This document shows positions 25,944 through 34,700 of a DNA stretch of 64,000 nt, piece by piece (position 1 is the first letter of the stretch; every line of letters starts with the position of its first letter). The stretch covers positions 128,001 through 192,000 of the forward strand of contig OY970303.1 of assembly GCA_963716255.1 (NCBI GenBank), in the 5' to 3' direction. The DNA is from an uncultured Gemmatimonadales bacterium (GTDB lineage Bacteria; Gemmatimonadota; Gemmatimonadetes; Longimicrobiales; Longimicrobiaceae). The translations under genes and the position numbers were made by a program. The notes beneath the pieces are model-generated. The model saw nothing but the letters and a program-made list of their open reading frames with translations, did no database searches and was not told the DNA's origin.

Positions 25944-28061
25944 GTGCGCCTCATCCCCGCTCCCCCCGCCCTGGCCGTGCTCGCCGCCCTGGCCGCCGCC
26001 CCGCTCGCCGGGCAGGCCGCGGGCGACACGGCCCGGGCCGACACCGTCCGGACCCATGCGCTGGAGGCGGTGGTGGTGACGGCCGCGCGGGTGCCGGCGC
26101 CGCTTGCCACCTCCACGGCGGCGGTCGCCGTGCTGCCGGGTCCTGCGCTGCGGCGGCTCCCCGCGCGCGGCCTGGGAGACGCCCTGCGCTTCGCGCCGGG
26201 CGTCTCGGTCATCGACGTGGACGGGGCGGGGGGCGACACGCGGATGACCGTGCGCGGCTTCTACGGCGGGGGAGAGGCCGACTACGTGACCCTGCTGGTG
26301 GACGGCAAGCCCGCCGCGGCGCCGCACACCGGCGTGGCCGACTGGGAGCTACTGCCGCTGGCGGCGGTGCGGCAGGTGGAGGTGCTGCGCGGCGGGGCGT
26401 CGTCGCTCTACGGCAACGCCGCGGTGGCGGGCGTGGTGAACGTGATCACCGAGACGAGTCCGGGATCGCGCAGCCTGCGCGCCACGGCGGGCGGTGACGG
26501 CGCGCTGCAGCTTTCCACGGCGGCGGCGGTGCGGGCGGCCGGGAAACCCGTGCGGGGATGGACCAACTTCCTCCGCGCCGACGGATTCCGCGACCACGCG
26601 CGGCGGGAATCGCTGGGCGCGGGGCTCACGGCGGGGGTACTGGAGCGCCCGGAAGCGTCGCTCTCGCTTTCGGCCGTGCACCGGCGCCGGGAGCTGCGCG
26701 ACCCCGGTCCGCTTACCGAGCCCGCGCTGGCCCTCTCACGCACCGGCGCGTCGCCGCTCTACCGCTTCGACCGCACGTCCGAGGCGCTCTCCCGCGTGTC
26801 GCTCGACGCCCGGCGCGAGGCGGGCCGGGCGCGCCTCTCGGGGTACGTGGCGGGTGAGACGCGCGGTGCCGGCGTGACCCGCACCGTGGTGCTCGCGCCA
26901 GACTTCGCCGACACCAAGCGCCGCAACCTGCACGCGCGACGCCTGCTGGCCTCGGTCCAGGCCGACGTGCCCGGGCCGCGTGCCCTGGGGGAGAGCAGGG
27001 TGACGGCGGGGCTCGATGGCGGGGCCGAGTGGATGTCCTCGGACTACTGGGCCCTGCTGGCCGGCAACGCGGATACGTACCGCGCCGCCGCCGCGCCCGG
27101 CGCGGGAACGCGCGACGAGGGAGGCCGCGCCGTGCGGACCGGGGCGGCGGGGTTCGTTCGGTGGGAGCTGCAGCCGGTGGAGCGGGTGCGGGTGTCGCTG
27201 GGAGGACGGCTCGACGGGCTTCGTGACGCGTGGACTCCGCGCGCGCCCTCCACGGCGGAGGCGTCGGAGGCGCGGCACACGGCGTTCAGCCCACGCGGGG
27301 GGGTCAACGCGCAGTATGCACGCACACCGGGGCGCGAGGGGTGGGTGTTCGCCGGCGTGGGGCGCTCGTTCAAGGCGGCCACTCCCGACCAGCTCTTCGA
27401 CCGGCGCACGCTGCCGGTGCCCTTCCCGCCCTTCCGGGTCACCCTCAGCAACCCGGAGCTCCGGCCGCAGCACGGGACGGGGTGGGAGGGCGGCGTGTAC
27501 CAGCGCGCCGCGCTGCCGCGGGCGCTGGAGGCGTGGCTGTCGGTGGCGGCGTACCAGATGGACATGCGCGACGAGCTGGACTTCGACCTGGCCACCCTCC
27601 GCTACGTGAACCTGGGCCGCAGCCGCCACCGCGGCGTGGAGGCGGCGGTGAACCTGGCCGGAGCGGGGGGATGGAGCGCCTTCGCCAACTACACGCTGCA
27701 GCACGCAGTCTCGCGGCTGGGCGAGAGCCGCGGACTGCAGCTCAAGGCGGTCCCGCGGCACACGCTGGTCGCCGGCGTGGACGCGCCGGTGGCGCTGGGC
27801 GCGGCGGGCGCGCTGACGGCGACCCGCGTGCGCGGCGCGTGGCTCGACGACGCCAACACCCGGCGCCTGCCCCCCTGGACGCGGGTGGACGCTCGGCTCA
27901 CCGTTCCCGTGGCCGGGATGCGGCTGTGGGTGGAGGGCTTCAACCTGCTGGACCGCGAGTACAGCACCACGGGCTTCCCTGACTCCGCGGTACCGTCCGT
28001 CTTCTACTACTACCCGGCCGCGGGCCGGTCGCTGCAGCTCGGCCTGGAGGTGGGGCGGTGA
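25944..28061 (+). CDS. TonB-dependent receptor
   Basis: Signal peptide; LEAVVVTA TonB box; plug motif VEVLRGGASSLYG...AGVVNVIT; NLLDREY and GRSLQLGL ending. GTG start 25944. Confidence 0.9.
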   Translation: MRLIPAPPALAVLAALAAAPLAGQAAGDTARADTVRTHALEAVVVTAARVPAPLATSTAAVAVLPGPALRRLPARGLGDALRFAPGVSVIDVDGAGGDTRMTVRGFYGGGEADYVTLLVDGKPAAAPHTGVADWELLPLAAVRQVEVLRGGASSLYGNAAVAGVVNVITETSPGSRSLRATAGGDGALQLSTAAAVRAAGKPVRGWTNFLRADGFRDHARRESLGAGLTAGVLERPEASLSLSAVHRRRELRDPGPLTEPALALSRTGASPLYRFDRTSEALSRVSLDARREAGRARLSGYVAGETRGAGVTRTVVLAPDFADTKRRNLHARRLLASVQADVPGPRALGESRVTAGLDGGAEWMSSDYWALLAGNADTYRAAAAPGAGTRDEGGRAVRTGAAGFVRWELQPVERVRVSLGGRLDGLRDAWTPRAPSTAEASEARHTAFSPRGGVNAQYARTPGREGWVFAGVGRSFKAATPDQLFDRRTLPVPFPPFRVTLSNPELRPQHGTGWEGGVYQRAALPRALEAWLSVAAYQMDMRDELDFDLATLRYVNLGRSRHRGVEAAVNLAGAGGWSAFANYTLQHAVSRLGESRGLQLKAVPRHTLVAGVDAPVALGAAGALTATRVRGAWLDDANTRRLPPWTRVDARLTVPVAGMRLWVEGFNLLDREYSTTGFPDSAVPSVFYYYPAAGRSLQLGLEVGR

Positions 28062-28131
28062 CCGGCGGGGAGGGGGGCGGGCCTTCGATCCGCCCCGGCC
28101 CCTCGCGTCCATCCCGCCGCGGAGCGCGCAA

Positions 28132-28860
28132 ATGAGGCGCTGCCTCGTGGTCTTCCTGCTGGTCTGCGCCGCCCCGCTGGTGATGTTCGCGGCGGCATCG
28201 GCACTGGGCGTCTCCGTGCTGGACGACCCATCGGCGCTGCCGGGCGGCGGCGGAGCGGGTACCGCGCTGGTCACCACGGGGCTGCTCGTGGCGGACGTGC
28301 TCATCCCCGTTCCCTCCAGCCTGCTGATGATCGCCAACGGGGCGTTCTTCGGCGTCACGGGCGGGACGGCGCTATCGCTGGCCGGAGGGGTGGGCGCGGC
28401 GGCGCTGGGCTGGGCGCTGGGGCGCCGGGGCACGCGCTCGGCGGAGCGCTTCGTCCACGCCGGGGAGAGGGCGCGGGCCGTCGCGCTGGTGGAGCGCTGG
28501 GGCGCGCTGGCGGTGATCGCTTCGCGCCCGGTGCCGATCCTGGCGGAGGCGGTGGCGATCGCCGCCGGGCTGGCCGGGATGCGCTTCGGGCGCCTGGTGG
28601 GCTCCTCGCTCGCGGGAAGCGTTCCCGCGGCCCTCCTGTACGCGCTGACGGGCGCCCACGCCGCGCGGCTGGACAGCGTCCCGCTCGTCTTCGGCCTGGT
28701 GCTGGCGACGGCCGGAGGGGCGTGGTGGATCGGCAGCCGCGCTGGCTCCGGCGAGCGTGCAGGCACGATGTCGACACCGACGTCGCAGCCCAGCGCGGCA
28801 CCGGCCGCACCCGTTCCGGCTCTCCCTCCGCCGGCGCCGGGGCCTTTGCGCAGGCGGTGA
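28132..28860 (+). CDS. DedA/VTT (TVP38/TMEM64, SNARE-associated) membrane protein
   Basis: Motifs DVLIPVPSS, GxFFG and SRPVPILAE. Confidence 0.85.
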   Translation: MRRCLVVFLLVCAAPLVMFAAASALGVSVLDDPSALPGGGGAGTALVTTGLLVADVLIPVPSSLLMIANGAFFGVTGGTALSLAGGVGAAALGWALGRRGTRSAERFVHAGERARAVALVERWGALAVIASRPVPILAEAVAIAAGLAGMRFGRLVGSSLAGSVPAALLYALTGAHAARLDSVPLVFGLVLATAGGAWWIGSRAGSGERAGTMSTPTSQPSAAPAAPVPALPPPAPGPLRRR

Positions 28861-28913
28861 GGATCCGTGCGAGTGAGGCTGCGGGGAGGGGACCGGGGGA
28901 GGGGGCCCGCCGT

Positions 28914-29047
28914 CGCGTGAGGGATTCCGGCCCGGAGGGGCGAGACCGCGCGGCTGTTTGCGCGGGCTCGACTCCGTTACGCACGGTCGTTTCGTGCGTT
29001 ACGGAGCCGAAGCCCGACCCCGGCGCCAGCCGGGGGCACGCCCGACC
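28914..29047 (-). repeat. ~135-bp structured repeat, copy 4
   Basis: Reverse complement of the consensus, 6 nt downstream of the stop at 29054. Confidence 0.95.
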
Positions 29048-29053
29048 CTGCCG

Positions 29054-30055
29054 TCAATCAGACCCGGAAATCTCGACGACGGAATGGTCGCCGACGTCCA
29101 CCTTCCCCTTCACACCCCTGAGGACGACGTTGCTGCCGACCAGCGAGTGGGACAGCTCGCTCCCCTCGATGGTGCTCTTCTCGCCCACGATGGTGTGGCT
29201 GAGGCGCGAGCGGCGCACCACGCTCCCGGCCGACAGGGTCACGTTGGGCCCGATCTCGGCGTCCTCCAGCTCCACCCCGTCGGCCACGTGCACCGGCTCG
29301 TGCACCGTGACGTTCCTGCCGCCCACGGGAAGCTTGCCGCGCGTGGTGGACAGCACGTGCTGGTTGGTCTCCAGCAGCGTTTCCGGCTTGCCGGCGTCGT
29401 ACCACCCCTCGATGGCGATGGTCTTGATCTTCGCCCCGTGGTCCACCATGTACTGGAAGGCGTCCGTCAGGTAGTACTCGCCGGTCCCGCCCGGGGGCGA
29501 GTCCATGACGTGGCGGATCCCCTCGAACAGGAGCTTCCAGTCGCGCATGTAGTACAGGCCGATGTTGGCGAGCCTGGAGATGGGCTCGGTGGGCTTCTCG
29601 ATGATGCGCTGCATGAAGCCCTGCTCGTCGGTGACGATGACGCCGAAGCGCTGGTAGTCCTCCACCTCCTTGGCCCAGATCACCCCGGCCACGTCCGCGG
29701 GGAGCGTCTTCACCACGGACAGGTCGGCGTCGAAGAGCGTGTCCACGAAGATGATGAGCAGCTCGTCGTCGGCGTACGGCTCGGCCAGCCGCACGGCGTC
29801 GGCGGTCCCCAGCTGCTCGGTCTGCTCCACGTACACGGCCTTGAAGTCCGGGTACTCCCGCTCCATGTACTCCTGGACCCTGTCCTTGAGGTGGCCGGTG
29901 ATCACCACCGCCTCGTCGACCCCCAGCTCGCGCAGGTCGTCCAGGATGTAGCTCATCACCGGCTTGTCCCCCACCCTGAGCAGGGGCTTGGGGGTGACGT
30001 GCGTGTGCGGGCGCAGGCGGGTGCCCTTGCCGGCGAGCGGGATGACGACTTTCAC
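29054..30055 (-). CDS. Sugar-phosphate nucleotidyltransferase with C-terminal left-handed beta-helix
   Basis: Motifs LAGKGTRLRPHT...PKPLL, QLGTADA and EKP; hexapeptide-like tail. Confidence 0.9.
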   Translation of the reverse strand: MKVVIPLAGKGTRLRPHTHVTPKPLLRVGDKPVMSYILDDLRELGVDEAVVITGHLKDRVQEYMEREYPDFKAVYVEQTEQLGTADAVRLAEPYADDELLIIFVDTLFDADLSVVKTLPADVAGVIWAKEVEDYQRFGVIVTDEQGFMQRIIEKPTEPISRLANIGLYYMRDWKLLFEGIRHVMDSPPGGTGEYYLTDAFQYMVDHGAKIKTIAIEGWYDAGKPETLLETNQHVLSTTRGKLPVGGRNVTVHEPVHVADGVELEDAEIGPNVTLSAGSVVRRSRLSHTIVGEKSTIEGSELSHSLVGSNVVLRGVKGKVDVGDHSVVEISGSD

Positions 30056-30155
30056 GCTGGCTCCTCCGTCGGGTGTGCGGTCGGGTGTCGGCGCCGGGTC
30101 GCGGCGTGCCGTGCCGGGCGAGCAGGTTCCGTACCCGGCCCGGCGCGGGCGGCGT

Positions 30156-30185
30156 AGGATACCACGCCCCGCGCGGGGCCGTCAA
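30156..30185 (-). promoter_or_regulatory. Putative sigma70 promoter for the nucleotidyltransferase
   Basis: Minus strand TTGACG-N18-TATCCT with a TG extension. Confidence 0.4.
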
Positions 30186-30274
30186 ATCCGCCGCGCCGCG
30201 CTGTCGCGCGCCCTCCCGCGGCGGTACATTGGGCCCATCCACGTTCCCGTCGTTCCGCCCGTGCCGAGCCGCCC

Positions 30275-30646
30275 ATGCGCCTGCTCCGCGCCCTGACCAC
30301 GAACCGTGCCTGGACCGACCCGGAGTCCGACGACCCGCGGCTCCGGGGGCGGACGTACGGCGTCCCCTTCGCGGCGGTGTGGAGCGCGGCGCTGGCGGAG
30401 GCGGCGGCGAGCGGCTGGACGGTGCTGGAATCGCAGCCGGTGGCCGGCGAGATCCACGCCGAGGCGCGCACCCGCATGTGGAAGTTCGTGGACGACGTGT
30501 GGATCCGGCTGTCGCTGGACGGCAACGGCCAGACCCGGGTGGACCTGGTGTCGGCATCGCGGGTGGGGCGGGGCGACCTGGGGACCAACGCGAGAAGGAT
30601 TGCCCGGTTCTTGCGGGGGGTCGACCGCCGCCTGAACGGCAAGTGA
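30275..30646 (+). CDS. DUF1499-like protein
   Basis: IHAEARTRMWKFVDDVWIR...SASRVGRGDLGTNARRI. Confidence 0.8.
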   Translation: MRLLRALTTNRAWTDPESDDPRLRGRTYGVPFAAVWSAALAEAAASGWTVLESQPVAGEIHAEARTRMWKFVDDVWIRLSLDGNGQTRVDLVSASRVGRGDLGTNARRIARFLRGVDRRLNGK

Positions 30647-30677
30647 TGGACTGACAACCGCATAGACCGGACCGACG

Positions 30678-33164
30678 ATGCCAGCCAAGACAGGTACCCA
30701 GGCCCAGGAGCGGGTGCTTCTCCTCCCGGTGCGCAGCACGGTGGTGTTTCCGCAGGGGGCGACGGCGCTCCAGATCGGCTTCGAGCCCAACGTGGCGGGG
30801 CTGAACGCGCACCCGGCGGCGGACCTGATCGTGGGCATCGTCTCCATCGCGGACGAGACCTCGGCCGCGGACGCGCCGCTGGAGCCCGAGTCCATGCAGA
30901 AGGTCGCCGTGCTGGGGCGCCTCCTGGACCGGCTCAACCTCCCCGGCGGCACCATCCAGACCACGCTTCAGGGGCTGCGGCGGGTGCGCCTGGAGGACGT
31001 GCGGATGGAGGAGGGCGGCTTCTACACGGCGGCGTACCGGCGCGTGGAGGAGGTCCCGGCGGAGGAGGCGGAGGCGGAGCGCCTGATCGAGAAGATCCTG
31101 AGCACCGTGGTGGGGGTGGCGGCCAAGGTGGAGCGCATCCCCAACGAGGTGCCGCGCATCCTGCGCATGAACCTGAGCGACCCCTCGCGCTTCGCGGACC
31201 TGGCGGCCTCGCTCTGCCACTTCAACGTCCCCGACCGCGACGCGGTGCTCCAGCGGCTGGACGTCGCGGACCGCCTGCGCTTCGTGCTGGAGCGGCTGGA
31301 GGACACCTGGGAGCGGGTGCAGACCATCGAGGAGGAGGACCGCCTGGTGGGGAACCAGGCGGCGGAGAACACCTCGCCCAAGAGCCCCGCCGACCGCCGC
31401 TCGCAGATCCGCAAGCGCATCCAGGCGCTCCAGACCGAGCTGGGGGAGATCGACCCGGCGGAGCGCGAGGCGGACGAGATCCTGCGCCGCGTGGAGCGCG
31501 CCGGGGTCCCGGCGCGGGTGGCCGCCGTGGCCCGCCGCGAGACGGAGCGCCTGCGCGCCCCCGGCACCAGCGTCGCCGACGCCACCGAGATCCGCAACTA
31601 CCTGGAGCTGCTCCTCGCCGTCCCCTGGACCGCGACCTCCGGGAACCGCGAGATCGACCTGGACGCGGTGGAGCAGGCCATGACGGACGAGCACCTGGGG
31701 CTGGAGGAGGCCAAGCGGCGGGTGCTGGAGGTGCTGGCGGTGGCGCGGCTGCGCGGCGAGCTGAACGGGCTGATCCCCTGCATCGTGGGCCCGCCGGGGG
31801 TGGGCAAGGCCACGCTCGCGTCGGCGATCGCCCGCGGGCTGGGGCGGCCGCTGGCGCGCCTGGAGCTGGGCGGCCGCGGCGAGGCGCAGCTCATGGGCTC
31901 GCGGCGCACCCGCGCCGGCGCGCAGCCCGGCAAGCTGCTCACCACCATCCGCGACGCGGGGGTGCGCGACCCGGTGTTCCTGCTGGAGGAGGTGGACGAG
32001 CTGGGGCTGGGGAACGTGGAGGGCGACCCGGTGGAGGCCATGGAGGAGTTCCTGGACACCGAGGCGCGCGACGGCTTCACCGACCGCTACCTGGACGTGC
32101 CGCTGGACCTTTCGGACGTGTTCTTCATCGCCACGGCCAACGACTTCTTCCGCATCCCGCGCGACCTGCGCGAGTACTTCATCGAGATCCGCATCGCCGG
32201 CTACACGCCGGAGGACAAGGTGCAGATCGCCCGCAAGCGGCTCTTCCCGCGCATGGCGGAGGAGCACGGCTTCGCCGCGGACGAGGTCGCCATCCCGGAC
32301 GAGGTGCTCCTCTTCCTCACCCGGGGCTACGCGCGCGACGCCGGGCTGGGGAACCTGCGCCGCTCGCTGGCCGCCATCTTCCGCTGGCTGGCGCGCGCCA
32401 AGGCGGAGGGCGAGGGCGAGCAGTGGGAGGTGACGCGGGAGATGATCGAGGAGGTCCTGGGCTATCCGCGCTACACGGCCACGGCGGCGGAGAGCGCGCC
32501 GGAGGTGGGGGTGGTGACGGGGCTGGCGTGGACGGCCTCGGGCGGGGAATTGATGTTCATCGAGGCGCTGAAGATGCCCGGGACGGGCCGCCTGATCATC
32601 ACCGGGCTGCTGGGCGACGTGATGCGCGAGTCGGTGAACGCGGCGTACTCGTACGTCCGCTCCCGCGCGCAGGCCCTGGGGATCGCCACCAGCGCCTTCA
32701 ACGACAACGACATCCACGTCCACTTCCCCCTGGGCGCGACGCCCAAGGACGGTCCCTCCGCGGGCGTGGCGGTGACGCTGGCGATCGCCTCGTCGCTTTC
32801 CGACCGGGCGGTGACGCACGACATCGCCATGACGGGCGAGGTGACGCTGCGCGGCAAGGTCCTGGAGATCGGCGGGGTCAAGGAAAAGACGCTGGCGGCG
32901 TACCGCGCCGGGCTGCGCCAGGTGGTCCTCCCCACCGGCAACCGCCGCGACCTCCGCGACGTGCCGGAGGACGTCAAGGAAGGGATGACCTTCCACTTCG
33001 TGGACCGCATGGACGAGGTGTTCGACCTGTGCCTGCTGGAAAAGGAGGCGCGCGGGGGGCGGCGGCGGGGCGGGATGGGCCGCGGCGGCGTGGGGCCGCA
33101 GGCCACCGCGGACGGGGAGCCGGAGGGCGCGGGCGCGGAGGAGATGGCGGCGGACGGGGACTGA
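30678..33164 (+). CDS. lon: Lon (LonA-type) protease with degenerate AAA+ motifs
   Basis: LON N-domain; GPPGVGKAT; protease PKDGPSAG and GGVKEK (Ser-Lys dyad). Confidence 0.9.
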   Translation: MPAKTGTQAQERVLLLPVRSTVVFPQGATALQIGFEPNVAGLNAHPAADLIVGIVSIADETSAADAPLEPESMQKVAVLGRLLDRLNLPGGTIQTTLQGLRRVRLEDVRMEEGGFYTAAYRRVEEVPAEEAEAERLIEKILSTVVGVAAKVERIPNEVPRILRMNLSDPSRFADLAASLCHFNVPDRDAVLQRLDVADRLRFVLERLEDTWERVQTIEEEDRLVGNQAAENTSPKSPADRRSQIRKRIQALQTELGEIDPAEREADEILRRVERAGVPARVAAVARRETERLRAPGTSVADATEIRNYLELLLAVPWTATSGNREIDLDAVEQAMTDEHLGLEEAKRRVLEVLAVARLRGELNGLIPCIVGPPGVGKATLASAIARGLGRPLARLELGGRGEAQLMGSRRTRAGAQPGKLLTTIRDAGVRDPVFLLEEVDELGLGNVEGDPVEAMEEFLDTEARDGFTDRYLDVPLDLSDVFFIATANDFFRIPRDLREYFIEIRIAGYTPEDKVQIARKRLFPRMAEEHGFAADEVAIPDEVLLFLTRGYARDAGLGNLRRSLAAIFRWLARAKAEGEGEQWEVTREMIEEVLGYPRYTATAAESAPEVGVVTGLAWTASGGELMFIEALKMPGTGRLIITGLLGDVMRESVNAAYSYVRSRAQALGIATSAFNDNDIHVHFPLGATPKDGPSAGVAVTLAIASSLSDRAVTHDIAMTGEVTLRGKVLEIGGVKEKTLAAYRAGLRQVVLPTGNRRDLRDVPEDVKEGMTFHFVDRMDEVFDLCLLEKEARGGRRRGGMGRGGVGPQATADGEPEGAGAEEMAADGD

Positions 33165-33182
33165 AATTGCTGGATGATCGAC

Positions 33183-33216
33183 AGCGGGGGCGGCCGGTGA
33201 TCCGGCCGCCCCCGCT
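33183..33216. terminator. GC-rich hairpin between convergent lon and M23 genes
   Basis: AGCGGGGGCGGCCGG-TGAT-CCGGCCGCCCCCGCT. Confidence 0.7.
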
Positions 33217-33239
33217 TCGTTCGTCGCCGCGAGGCGGGA

Positions 33240-34424
33240 TCAGTGGCTGTTCAGGAATGCGATGGGATCGTGGTACCTCGCCGTGACGTAGCTCTGCGAC
33301 TGCCCGCAGGGGAACGCGTTGGCGGCCATGCTCACCTTGCGGATCTCGAAGTGAAGGTGAGCGTCGAGGCTGCCATCGCCCTTGCCCACCGTCCCGATCT
33401 GCTGCCGGCGGGCTACGTTCGAGCCCGTCCCTACAAGCCGGGTGTCGAGGTGGCCATACTGCGACCAGACCTTGCTCCCGTCCGGCAGCGTGTGCTCCAG
33501 CAGGATGACGTTGCCCCAGGTTCCTCCGTACGTCCCCGATGCGACGACCACCCCGTCCGCCGTCGCGTATACGGGCTGCCCGCGGTCCTGATCACTCGAC
33601 GTCCCGTCCTTGTTCATGTCCACTGCCGGGTGGTACACCAGACCGCAGGTCCCACCGTAATTGTACGGTTGCAGCCACCAGAGCCCGTTCCGGTTGTTGA
33701 GCCAGCCGGCCCCGTCCGCCGCACCGACCGGGTAGTCGAACGCCGCGGTGGACCCGCAGGACGTGGTGGCCGCCTGGAGCGTGGCCTGCGGAAGGTAGGA
33801 GGTGAACTCCGCGTCGGTGACGCTCACCACCTCGGCCGACGACCGGCAGTGCGACGTCAGCACGGCCTCGCTGGAAATCCCGAGCGCTCCGCCGTGGTAG
33901 GTGACCCACCGGACTTCCGGGCCGGTCCCCCGGATCAGCGTCCCCGCCTTGCGGAGCCGGAACGCGCGCGCCGCCGGTCCGTCCGGGAGCGACTTCAGCA
34001 CGGCGTCGGGGACGGTCACCAGCCGGCCCCAGTTCTGGTCCCCGAACAGCGCCTCGTAGGTCGAAGGGTCCGGGATCCCGGACCGGACGCATCCCACCAC
34101 GATGTAGGACGTGGGATCCGCGGAATTGTCGGACTTGAGGGGGGCGTCGCCCCTCAGCCAGGCGTTCGCGTTGACCGACGGGAGGACCCGGCGCTCCCCG
34201 GCCGGCAGCGATGCGACCTGGCGCACGACGCTGCGGCGGGACCCGGTGCATGCGTCGAGGGTGGCCTGGTCCGGGTACTCGTACAGCCGGCCGCCGTAGA
34301 CGAGGAACACGGCGGGCTGGCCCTGGACCTGGATGTGCTCTCCGTCGGCCTGGGCCGCAGCCGCTCCCGACGCGGCGCAGACCGCGGTCAGAACGCCCAG
34401 CAGAGTAGATGAGATCCTTCTCAT
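33240..34424 (-). CDS. Secreted M23 family peptidase with N-terminal repeat domain
   Basis: Signal peptide; HPAVD (HxxxD), YGHL and HLHFEIR motifs. Confidence 0.9.
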   Translation of the reverse strand: MRRISSTLLGVLTAVCAASGAAAAQADGEHIQVQGQPAVFLVYGGRLYEYPDQATLDACTGSRRSVVRQVASLPAGERRVLPSVNANAWLRGDAPLKSDNSADPTSYIVVGCVRSGIPDPSTYEALFGDQNWGRLVTVPDAVLKSLPDGPAARAFRLRKAGTLIRGTGPEVRWVTYHGGALGISSEAVLTSHCRSSAEVVSVTDAEFTSYLPQATLQAATTSCGSTAAFDYPVGAADGAGWLNNRNGLWWLQPYNYGGTCGLVYHPAVDMNKDGTSSDQDRGQPVYATADGVVVASGTYGGTWGNVILLEHTLPDGSKVWSQYGHLDTRLVGTGSNVARRQQIGTVGKGDGSLDAHLHFEIRKVSMAANAFPCGQSQSYVTARYHDPIAFLNSH

Positions 34425-34700
34425 GACTTCCTTCCTGGTTGAATGCCGTTGAAGCGGGGTTCGACTCCCGACAAGCCGCTCTCCCGGGGGATGCCTCCTG
34501 GTTCTGGAACCGGAGGCCGGCCGATCCGGGCCTGATTCTCATCCTGTCATGGGTTCCTCCCGTGGCGATGGTGCGCAGGGCACCGGTTTGCGTGCCGACG
34601 GGAGAAGCATAATTTTTGACTCGCACGGATCTCGCACACATTCCGCACTTCGCTCGCACCTTCACCGCACCCCATAAAGCCCCCGGGTTTTCACGCGCCG

